Position numbers and translations under genes: made by a program. This document shows, one piece after another, positions 34,176 to 47,204 of a stretch of 64,000 bases of DNA. A model generated the notes under the pieces. That model saw only the letters and a list, made by a program, of their open reading frames with translations, was not told the origin of the DNA and searched no databases. The stretch is from positions 41,540,001 through 41,604,000 of the forward strand of contig OZ024753.1 of NCBI GenBank assembly GCA_964016885.1, written 5' to 3'. Origin of the DNA: Eledone cirrhosa. Its lineage: Eukaryota. Position 1 is the stretch's first letter. Every line of letters begins with the position of its first letter.

Positions 34176-34801
34176 TATATATAGGCAAAAGTTTTATTTA
34201 AAATTGTTGGGATACAACAAGTAAATATTTTATAACTGATATAAAGCACTCGACAAGTTTTTGGAGTATATATATATATATCCCTTTCTCTTTTTCTCTC
34301 TCTGGAAGAAATCGAGTCTGTTAGGATCTGGAGAGGAGATGGGCGCTCACCCAGGTTTATGTGCTGAGACACGCCGTATTTCACAACATCGCACCCGAGA
34401 CTCCATCGGGAGAAACCTCTTATAAAATATAACCTCATAGGAAGCCAGTTAAACCTAGACATGTGTAAACCTACACATGTGTAAACCTACACATGTGTAA
34501 ACTAAAAAGTAGTGACTCTACCTGGAGTCACTCTCTTATCTCTGTGATCTGTAAATTTTAATTTCGTTTACAAAGTCATCCAATGGATTTTATTTAATTG
34601 TTGAAATAAAACCAAATAAAATGTCTTTACTTACTTTCCATATAAGGAACCAGAAAAACATTATACAACAGAAAGCTCCGGCTGCACTGGCCGCAGCGAC
34701 CCATATATAGTTTATGGGCTTCCCTGACAACATGTCGGCTAAGAAGGACAGCTGGACCTGAAACAATAATCCATACATTATACAAACCTAGCTGTTTTGT
34801 C

Positions 34802-34849
<48 letters not shown>

Positions 34850-35138
34850 TATATTATATTTAGAGATTAAACTCTTAGTCGTTTACAATTAATCATGTAC
34901 CATCGTTGCGAAACATATTTGGGTTTCGAAGTTCAAATTCATCTACGGAGCGGGTTTGGATTTTGAAATTTAAATTTGTCCAGGAATCATGGCTTTTGCC
35001 AATATAAGCTCGTCTTTATTGACTTATATCGAGACAGACAAATTGTATTCACTTTAATTAGTTTATTTCATGCTAGCTAACTTTGTCTGTTACAATACAA
35101 ACACGTTTTGTGTTTATCATATATATTAATATATAACT

Positions 35139-35195
<57 letters not shown>

Positions 35196-35424
35196 CTATA
35201 CTTGGGGAGGGTCATATTTGTGTAATATTGCCAGAATTAATAACAGAACACACTCACTGTTTGGTTGGTTTTCGCTTTTCGCTTCTGTCTCTTTTATATC
35301 GGTAATCTAATTTATTCGGTCCTCAATGTTGCCATTGACTGACCAATGAAATACAATGCAATGGGAGGAATCTATAGCACCACTGACGATGTTGCAGATG
35401 TGCAACGAAAGAACTTTGATAAAC

Positions 35425-35455
<31 letters not shown>

Positions 35456-36882
35456 GTGAGGTTATTAAAAAAAAAAAAAAAGACTCCAGTTGCATTTTCG
35501 ATTTCATCTTTTTTCCTTATACTTTCACTCGTGTAGGACACCTCGGTTATTTTTCATTTTGTTAAAAAGAACCTCACTTTCTAATATATATATACACGAG
35601 TGAAAGTATAAGGAAAAAAGATGAAATTGAAAATGCAGCTGGAGTCTTTTTTTAAAAGAATATTTATTTATTTGGTTCCTTTACCGGTTTCGCAGTTCTG
35701 CTTTTCAAAAGTAGAATTGAGATGGAGAGTCTGTGGTTTTTCTCACATCTCAGATATTTGAACAAGGGAAAAGAATGACTTCACTTGTAGTTCTAAACAA
35801 TTTTATTTAATTTTATAACATTAAAATTAAATCAAATTGTTTAGAACTACAAGTGAAGTCATTCTTTTCCTTTTTTCAAATATATATATATATATATATA
35901 TATATTATACAAAACATCAGTATGACTCCATCACATTAAATATGAAAGTCTTTACTCTAGCGCTGTAAACTTTCACAACTTATGCATTACTAAAATTACT
36001 ATAAACATTGTTTTTAGATATTTTGTGTTAAATCATTACAAGATGTTAAGAGTTAAACATTAAATGATGGAATATTAGTTTCTGATTTAGGCACCAGGTC
36101 AACAGTTTGAGGGGAGGGGAAAGTCGATTAAATCGACCCAGTGCATTACTGGTACTTTATTTTACTTTATAAAGGGTTAACATAAGTATGAGCAGTTGGT
36201 TACAGCCAGTTTGAACAGAAAGAGGTGAGAGAATTCTGGCCGGATATGGCCAGTTTAAATGCTAAAGGATTAACTTACTCTTACTGAGTGTCCCTTCTTC
36301 CATTTAGCTAAGTATTTGTTTCCATCGTTAATTATTTCCATGTCTATTGCAATTTGTAGATAATCAAGGACCTGAAAGATATATATATATGTGTGTGTGT
36401 GTGGTAGTAGTAGTAGGGGGTGGTGGTGGTAGTAGTAGTAGTAGTATTAGTATTAGAAGAAGAAGAAGAAGAAGAAGAAGAAGAAGAAGAAGAACTTCTG
36501 TTTTAACCAATGGAAGGTGAGAGTGTGACAAACAAGAAATAGACAATATTTGCCAATACCTTAAAAACACTGATGGCGTTGGAGAAGTTTAAATGTAGGT
36601 TTAAAACCACAAAATGGTGTACAGCGATTGCTGGGACTTTACAGCGAACTGTAAAACACGGGGACTGCTGGCAATCCTAGAAAATAAAAACAGATTGGCA
36701 GTATCGGTAGAAAGTCAGATATAAGAGGGTCAGATAGAGGGTCCAGCATAAAGTTACGTCCCTTTACGGTCTGAGTTCAAATCCCGCCGAGGTTAACTTT
36801 GCCTTTCATCCTTACGGGGACGATAAAATAAAGTACCAGTAATGCACTGGGTAATTACTGGTCTTGTGCCAAAAGTAGAAAC

Positions 36883-36917
<35 letters not shown>

Positions 36918-38290
36918 TACGTTGTTCCGGGTTGAATCGGAGGTAACCACAGTAAGTAAGGTACTCAATACATAGCAGAGTATAAAAGTTTTAATATAGA
37001 TGAGATTCTACAGGACTAGAACTGTTTCATTCTTTAGAAATCATCAGGAATCTCCTGATGATTTCTAAAGAATGAAACAGTTCTAGTCCTGTAGAATCTC
37101 ATCTATATATATAAATATGTATATATAAGTAGTAACACAACAGTTAGTTCACCATACCGAGAACAATTGTTTCACCTTATGCGATAAAATCGACCCAGTG
37201 CATTACTAGTACTTTATTTTATCGACCTCAGAACGATAAAAGGCAAAGCTAACCTCAGATTTAATATAATAGATACATACATACATTTTTTTTAAATCAT
37301 TACTTCTGCAACAAAATCAAATAATTCAGTTTGACAAAAATAATTTTAAGGAAAAGATCTTACGGTGACGGCTTGCTTTGTGATAAGAATATTACTCTGG
37401 GCGTTAGTACTGAGTTTTCTACGTAAAGGTAGTAGTGCTTCCTTCTGTTTCGTTGTTGTTGTTGTGGTTGTGGTGGTGGTGGTTAAAGGTGTAGTATTGG
37501 CTATATCAGTTCCATGCTCATCTAATCCAATTTCACATTCTAAAGTGAGGTTCTCTCTGGTTACCTGTCAAAGATATGATATATGAGGTCCAACACATAC
37601 GAGGCAGTACTATAATTCATTAAAAATTACAGTAGGGTACTTTCATTTAAACATTTACATGTATACATGCTATATCTTATGACATAATACATTGGCAATG
37701 TAATTGGCTGTGTAGTGATGTATATATGTATGTAGGTAATGTATGTGTGTATGTATGTGATGTATGTATGTATGTATGTCGGGTCACTCTTGAGTGCAAC
37801 TGGTAACATGTAACTCAGTACAACCTGTCGCATGGTCGAGTCGTCGGCGACTAAACTGGCAACCACACCAAGTTTACTTGGTGAGGAAGGTGATTTGGGA
37901 CAACCTGCAGGACAAAAAAACAAAACCTGACAAAGGGCTGAAGAACTCATAAGAGTCAACGGCCATCCAAAAGTGTGTAAATATGTATGTACACGTGTGA
38001 TGTTGGACGCCATACTTTGACGCATAGAGTTACGGACCTTGCCATGTATGTATATGCGCGTGGACATAGAAATAGTCAGGCTGGATACCCGATCGCGCGG
38101 TTAAATCACTGGAAGTGAAGGACCCTGATGAGGTCACCGGGTTCTTACGCAACCTGGTCACTGAAATGTACATAGTATTTCTTACAGTAATAAAAAATTA
38201 AGGAAATTCAACATTGGCCTCCTGTCATTTCACTTTATAATATATGTATATATATATATATATGTGTGTGTGTATATATGTGTGTGTGTG

Positions 38291-38341
<51 letters not shown>

Positions 38342-41300
38342 GTGTGTGTGTGTGTGTTATATAACTGTTGGTGGAGTTGTAGGAGTGCCATATTGACATA
38401 CAGTCTCCTCTCTAGGTCTATACACAGCAGATTTCTCCCAGAATAATCGATTAAATCAACCCCAGTGCATTACTGGTACGTTATTTTATCGATCCTGTAA
38501 AAATGAAAGGTAAAGCTGACATCGGTGGCATTTGAACTCAGAACGTAAAGGACCATAACTCTATGCCGCAAAGCATGTTGTCCGACGCTCTACTGATTAC
38601 TGCCAATTCACCTCCCTAGTATCTAACATTATAGACAGTGTAATGTAGAGGTGGTGTTGGACGCCATACTTTGACGCATAGAGTTACGGCCCTTGCCATT
38701 CTGAGTTCAAATCCCGCCGAGGTTAACTTAGCCTTTCATCCTTACGGGGTCGATAAAATCAAGTACCAGTAATGCACTGGGTAATTGCTGGCCTTGTGTT
38801 AAAAGTAGAAACAATTATATACTCACGCGTATGTCTGTAGAAGCAAAAAGTATTTTTCTATCTGGCATAGTCATTGGAACATAAAAGAGGGCTGCGGTTT
38901 CTGGGAGATAACTGGGTCCCAAGTTACGAATTATAAAGTCAGTGGCCATCACAAATGAATCAGAGTTATTAATAGATAATTGCTCTTCCTTGTTATATTT
39001 CACCGGAGTAGATGCTGTTTTCCTGTACATAATAAAAGTATAAGATTAATCAATTCTTCTATAACACTACAGCCCTTGCTTTTCCCTTCATTTTCCGTTT
39101 TCGTAACCACAAAAGACACTTGCATTTTTTACGTCGATAATTACGTCATTAAAGTACCAGTAATGTACTGGGATAATTGATGGCTTTGTGCCAAAAGTAG
39201 AAACAATTATTATTACTAATAATCCCGCCGACGTTAACTTTGCCTTTCATCCTTACGGGGTCGATAAAATAAAGTACCAGTAATGTACTGGGACAATTGC
39301 TGGCCTTGTGCCAAAAGTAGAAACAATTATTATTACTAATAATCCCGCCGAGGTTAACTTTGCCTTTCATCCTTACGGGGTCGATAAAATAAAGTACCAG
39401 TAATGTACTGGGACAATTACTGGCCTTGTGCCAAAAGTAGAAACAATTATGTGCAGCGAGAAGAACAATTTCTAGCTATGAAAAAAAACATTTTTGCTAT
39501 GAAACAATCATTAGACTAATATTCGTTTTAGAATAGCCGAATGATTTCCAGCTTCCATGTATTGAAAATGGTGTAAATAAAAGCAGAAAAGGTTCATCAC
39601 ATCTTAATGAACAAATCCTTGATTTGTTCACTTTTGATGAATATCCGACGGTCGTATGAGACCTTCATAGGCTGACCAAGATATTCTCGAGTTGACTTCA
39701 ATTATCCACCTCAAATTAATGATAGGCAAAACTGATCTAGACGGAATTTGAACTCGGAATATGCTCAGAGCTGGAATAGATATCGCAAAGCATGTCATTC
39801 GACACTTTAACAACTCCGCCAATAACACCCAAACCCCACCCCACTCTCACCCTGGGTTGGCACTTTATTTATCGACCCAGAAAGGATGAAAAGTAAACTT
39901 AACCTCGGCCGGATTTAAGTTTAAAGCTTGGTAAGCCGGAACAAATACCAAGGTATGGAATCCGACACCCTAACGTCTCTGGCAATTAAACCCCACAACA
40001 CACTCTCTATTAAAACCATATTCCTAAAACAGAAAGCATTAAATATCAACTAAACTATTAATATATTGGGACAAAGGAAATATTGTGTAAATATGTGTGT
40101 GTAAACAGACTCATTAACTGCTTAATGAACACAACCACAAGGATAAGGTCTGAACGTGAAAGAGCCAAACTCCCACTGTCATTGCCTCCATCTCTCTCAC
40201 CCTCCCCATCTCTCCTTATAGTGAGCAAATGGCCTCCCGACAGCCCCGGCGGACAGAATGGAGAAGGCGTTTCCCCGGAGGACGGTAAGGGAGGTTCTGC
40301 TGAGGTCAACTTTGATCTTTATAATTCCGGGGTGCATAAAACAAAGTACTGAGGTCGATTTAATCCACTTTCCCAAAAATTCCTGGCCTCGTGCCTAAAT
40401 TAGGAACCATTATTTCAACCTAAAATACCAATCAAAACAAAACAATAAGTCTATACTCTTTTACTCAGTTACCTGTTCCAGCCATCCGACTGAGGCCATG
40501 CTGGGGCACCCATGTTGATATCTTAAATTTATATTTTTACAAAATAACTCGTTTTTATTTTTCAGGGGTCCCACGTGCTGGCCTCCCCACAGCCCCGCCC
40601 CGGCGGTCAGAATGGAGAAGGCGTTTTCCCGGAGGATGGTAAGGGAGATGCGCTGGAAGAGCCATTCCAACTCACGAGGCTCACAGACATGAAAACAATA
40701 CTTACGCATTTAGTTCAGGTATAGCCAATAATTCCAGAGGGATCTTTAACCGTTTGATGTTGTCGTCGGGATATTTCTCTTTAGATTTCGTCATCACCTT
40801 TCCGTCTACCTCAATAGGTTCATCTATTTCTTCTAAAGCAATTACAGATACTTTAAACTCCAGTAGGAATTTTACTTTGTCCGCTTTACTTAAAGGGTTT
40901 GCGATATCACATTCTACACGGTTTCTTTGCTCCAAGCAACTCACTGCCCCATTTCCAGTGTTTTTCATGCGATAGTAACTGATTTTATCGCTAAATTTAA
41001 ACAAAGCCGTCGTAGCAAAGGCATCGTCCAGATGGTTTATAATGGTGACTTCTAAGGTGATCTTTTTTGTGTCGTTTACAAATACTTTTTCCATACACAT
41101 CATTGATATAACCAGATCAGCAAGGCATTTGTCATCTAATAAACACTGTTTCTCGAATCTAAGCTGAAGAAAAAATAATATTTTGTTTTTAATTTGACAA
41201 CTTGAGAGTTTCAAACAGAGAAAATAACTGTACTAGCAGTCGATTACTATAAATTATAGGGTTCTTTTTATCTCTAAGGGCAATTTACCCTTCTTCTTCT

Positions 41301-41666
41301 TCAGCCACTTATTCCTGTGAGGGTCGTGGGGGAAGAGTCCTCAAACTCTCCTTCTAGTGGGTCCTGTCAGAAGCAACCATCTCCAACTTATCCGGCTGGA
41401 TCCCCAAGTGAGACCAGCCGAGCTCATGGATGTTATACAACCATCTTCCTCGTGGTCTACCCCTGGGTCTCCTGTCGGTGGGTTTTGCCTGTAAAATCTG
41501 TTCAGAGATTCTTTCCTGAGATACTCTAACCACATGCCCAATCTGGGGTAATTTACCTAAATTTCCTAATCTTTATTTATAGTAATCGGGTGGTATTACA
41601 GTTATTTTCTGCGTTTGGGACTATCATGAGGTTTGTTTACATAAAGCTACATATTTGTAAATAATG

Positions 41667-41749
<83 letters not shown>

Positions 41750-41802
41750 AAGGCTTCTACAGGACTAGAACTGTTTCATTCGGGAGAAATCATCAGCAAG
41801 CC

Positions 41803-41845
<43 letters not shown>

Positions 41846-42030
41846 CGAGTAGGACCCCGACGGCTGAGCTCAAGCCGTATCGACGGCTAATTCTGGACAG
41901 AATTAGCCGTCGAAACGGCTTGAGCTCAGCCGTCGGGATCCTACTCGTTCCTATTACCCACTCTACTACCCTAAGTATTGAGTACTTTGGTGCGTTATGG
42001 TCCACCTGGTTCCTTACCACATTTCCTTCG

Positions 42031-42076
<46 letters not shown>

Positions 42077-44601
42077 AGAAAGAGAGAGAGGGGGGTGCGA
42101 ATTTTGTGTGAGTATTAATTTTACTTACTACTTTCAGAATATCTTGTTTTCGGTTGAAAATTGGTCGAAGTTTGGACTGAAATTTCTTTTGAGAGTGGAT
42201 ACAGTAGGATAAGTTTAACTGGATCGGACTTAAGTAATCAGCAATGCTTGACTGAAAGTGAGAATTGAAGAACAAAGACTTTAATACTAGATAAATATAT
42301 AATAATTATTGTTGCAAATTATATGCAGTTGTCTGGTGTTCATTGAAGAAGACTCCGTAAAGATGAAAGGTAGAGCTGACCTCGGCGTGGTTTGAACTCA
42401 GAATGTAAAATGCCGTAACTATATGTTCGACACTCTACCGATTCTACTGTCAATTCGCCGCTCTTTACAGGTAAATAAGGGTTTCTGATTGAAGCAAAAG
42501 GCCAGCAATTTTTAGGCGGGGAGGGGAAAGTCGAATAAATCGCCGCCCTCAGTGTATTACTGATGCATTATTTTACCACCTCGGTGGGATTTGAACTCAG
42601 ACCAGTTACGGCCCTTTATGGTCTGAGTTCAAATCCCGCTGAGGTAAACTTTGCCTTTCATCCTTACGGGGTCGATAAAATAAAGTACCAGTAATACACT
42701 GGGATAATTGCTGGCCTTGTGTTAAAAGTAGAAACAATTATTTTACCAACCCCGCAAGGATGAAAGGCAAAGCTAACCTCGGCAGGATTTGAACTCAGAA
42801 CGTAAAGGGACGTAATTCTATGCCGCAAAGCATGTTGCCCGACTCTTCACCGCCTTTTACAAGTAAGTAATGGATTGTAATGTTAAGAAGATTCATTAAT
42901 CTGGTGGCTGGATGTTAAATATGACATGATATAATATAAATATGATATAATATAAATATGACATGATATAATATAAATATGATATAATATAAATATGACA
43001 TGATATATTATAAATATGATCTGGTGGCTGGATGTTAAATATGACATGATATAATATAAATATGATATAATATAAATATGACATGATATATTATAAATAT
43101 GATCTGGTGGCTAGATGTTAAATATGACATGATATAATATAAATATGATATAATATAAATATGATACAATATAAATATGACATGATATAATATAAAACCT
43201 TATATAAACCTTATATAAACCTTATGATATAAATCCTTACTTTCAAAACTGCAGTGAAATTTTTAGAAACACTTTCGTTCTTCTTCAATGTAATTTTCTC
43301 TTCGATTTCTGAATCTGAACTCCTGCTGTCAACTAAACGTAAACGTTTATTGGGACGAATCATAGTTGCATCCACATCAAGTTTATAACCCAGAACTATA
43401 CAGGAGATAAAAAAATAGTATAATAGAATTAAACACAGATTAAACCGACATTATCATTGTATTAACAATTGTATTAATTATCAACGATAGGTGTTGTATT
43501 AATTATCAACGATAGGTTTTGTATTAATTAACAATGATAGATTTTGTATTAATTAACAATGATAGGTTTTGTATTAATTAACAACGATAGGTGAATTAGC
43601 ATTAATCGGTACAGCGCTGCACAACATACTTCACGGCATAGAGTTACGGCCCTTTTCCTTCTGAGTTCAAATCCTGCCGAGGTTTGCTTTGCCTTTCATC
43701 CTTACTAACACACACACACATACACACACATGTATACACATGCACACACGTACAGCTCGATATACAAAACGTTTTTTTCTTTTTCCCTTTCAGATAGACA
43801 CACTCAATCACCACCGTTAAAACATAGTTTATCATACACAAAACGCCTGTATCAACAGTTATATATATATATATTAATAATAATAATAAATGGAAAATAT
43901 CTTTATAAAACCATATTTATTTTATTATACGTATTTCAAGGGTACTAATATTTAAGTACGCTTTCTTCAGATAAAATACAATATTTGGTGTAAAGATAGT
44001 GACATATTTTCATGTGAACTTAATGGTATAAGTCCAGTGAGGATATATATATATATATATATATATATACTCACTAGACTTATACCATTAAGTTCACATG
44101 AAAATATGTCACTATCTTTACACCAAATATATATATATATCCATACGTACATATATATACGTACATATGAATCCATACGTACATATATATATGTGTGCAT
44201 GTATGTATATATATATACATACTACTGTACGTCTGTATACATATATGTATGTACGTGTACATACTTATATTTAAGTAACGGCCGTACTAAGAGTGGGAAA
44301 TGAAATTTCGTTTCATTTTTTCCGTTTATATATATATATATATAAGCAAGATGTATGGTAGGTCGTATGTGAATCGCGATGATCACGTCTGACCTACCAA
44401 ATATAGACCCCAAATATACAAGCGGAGCTGCTGATGTATACCACAATTTCAAGCTGCTAGTCTTAAGTGATACGTTGATGTAAATAATGAACTTACAATC
44501 ACATGTTATATGCCTTGAAAAGTCCCACCATATGGTCGGACGAAACGGCTGTCGGCAATAAACTTGTTATAATGTCATAATAGTTCCTTTGTTCTTTTTC
44601 A

Positions 44602-44637
<36 letters not shown>

Positions 44638-44833
44638 TAGTAACTCAACAGTTAGTTCACCATACCGAGAACAATTGTTTCACCTTATGCGGATCTTGTC
44701 TGAGCTGAAGATCCGCACAAGGTGAAACATTTGTTCTCGGTATGGTGAACTAACTGTTGTGTTACTACTTCTACCATATTCATCCCATGGACTGAGTGCT
44801 CTACCACTACGGATATTACCTTCTAGTGGTCTA

Positions 44834-44877
<44 letters not shown>

Positions 44878-45258
44878 AAAGTTCTATTTAAATTGTTGGG
44901 ATACAACAAGCAAATATTATTATAACTGATATAAAGCACTCGACAAATATTTGGAGTAGATATACAATATTAATAAATGGAAACTATATTTATAAAACCA
45001 TATTTATTTCATTATATATATTTCAAGGATACCAAGTTAAATCATGGTATGCCTTCATCAGGCAAAATACAATATATAACAGTTTTACAAATAGATATTG
45101 ACGTACCCTTTCAAAAAGGTGACCGTTGTTTTTGGAGGCCATCCGGATAGTATATTGTATTTTGTCTGATGAAGGCATACCATGATTTAACTTGGTATCC
45201 TTGAAATATATATAATGAAATAAATATGGTTTTATAAATATAGTTTCCGTTTATTAAT

Positions 45259-45304
<46 letters not shown>

Positions 45305-45966
45305 TTGGGCTTCTACAATTTACATCTACTTAATTTCCCTCACAAGGCTATGGTCAGCCCTGAGGATATTGAAGATGACACTTACTCAAGTGCTACACAA
45401 TATAAGGTAACCCGAAATTAGGTATTTGCGAGGCGATATATCTACGTGTGAGACGATGTTTCTCAAAAATATAAATATACAAGTAGATGATAAGCGGTGG
45501 TGCTTTTCTTTATTTTACTTACCGAGTTCGTTTGAAAATGCATACTTAGTATTAAATAAGAAAGTGACAGTAATATTAATTATATTTGATTCAGATAAGT
45601 TAGCATGATTTAGATCCATATTGACAAATACTTCAATGATGGGACGCCCCCTCAAAATTACAACTTTATTGGAAGTCAGTGCACTGACTGCAAAATCTGA
45701 AAAACAAAAGAAATCAAAGTGCTTTTACTAAAAATATAATATAATATATCTAATATAAAATAGAATATGATATCTAATATAAAATATATGATATCTAATA
45801 TAAAATATAATATGATATCTAATATAAAATATAATATGATATCTAATATAAAATATAATATGATATCTAATATAAAATATATCTTATAAGATATATATAT
45901 ATATTTTATAATATATATATATATATATCTTATAAGATATATATATATATATATATATATCTTATA

Positions 45967-46004
<38 letters not shown>

Positions 46005-46029
46005 TATAATATATATATATATATATATC

Positions 46030-46060
<31 letters not shown>

Positions 46061-47125
46061 CTTATAATATATATATATATCTTATAATATATATATATAT
46101 ATCTTATAATATATATATATATATCTTATAATATATATATATATATCTTATAATTGTTTCTACTTTAGGCACAAGGCCAGCAATTACCCAGTGCATTACT
46201 GGTACTTTATTTTATCGACCCCATTAGGATGAAAGGCAAAGTCAACCTCGGCGGGATTTGAACTCAGATCTTAAAGGGACGTAACTATGCTGGAAAGCAT
46301 GGCGTCCGACCCTCTACTGATAGTGCCAATCCACCGCCCTGTATATATATATATATCTTATAATATATTAATATATATATATATATATCTTATAATATAT
46401 ATATATCTTATAATATATATATATATTCTATAAAATATATCTTATAAAATCATACATACTATAAAAAAAACAAATTACAAACCTTTAAAACCATTCTTGT
46501 CTACATCGGCTGACTTTGATATACTCCAGCCGAAGCCTGTCAGATCACTTTTGACAATGCTTCCACAAATTCTTTGTTCTGTCTTCAAATTAAGTCCATT
46601 TTTCCCTCCATTATAAATATAAATACAACCAATATTGTCTTCTTCAAACGGGGCACCAATCACAACATCTGAAGAAATAACAAACACATTTCATTGTTCA
46701 ATCCATTGGATATACGAGGGTCTCCTGAAACGTCCATATGCTGACTATGAAGGAGCGATGATAGAGCTGTGAAATCTCGCATGGATTAATTTCAAACTTT
46801 TTTGATTAAATTCATTGTTTCTTTCCAAGGCCCATGTTGAAAAATAAACCTCATTTGGTCATTCCATGAGAGTACTTTGGTCTTCCTATGAACTTTTCGT
46901 CGAGGGATTCGTCCAATATCAATGAGAAAGGCCTGGATTGGATTGGATATATATTAGAACACTGGATTAACCCCTTTACTTCCCTCCGAAGAAGAGATAT
47001 TATCTCGAAAATTAAGGATATTCAAATAAAGTTAAGGTAAAAGACTAATTGTCAACAATATCTTTTGCATTTGTATTTATATTCTATATCCATATCTGCA
47101 TTGTTTTGGCCTTCCAACTCCAAAC

Positions 47126-47204
<79 letters not shown>

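Noticed and set aside
39150-39449. CRISPR-like regular repeats
   Set aside because: Units are contiguous SINE fragments without unique spacers, there are no cas genes, and the context is eukaryotic.
46713-46912. Possible mariner MITE starting TACGAGGG
   Set aside because: The right terminal repeat is too degenerate to confirm by eye.
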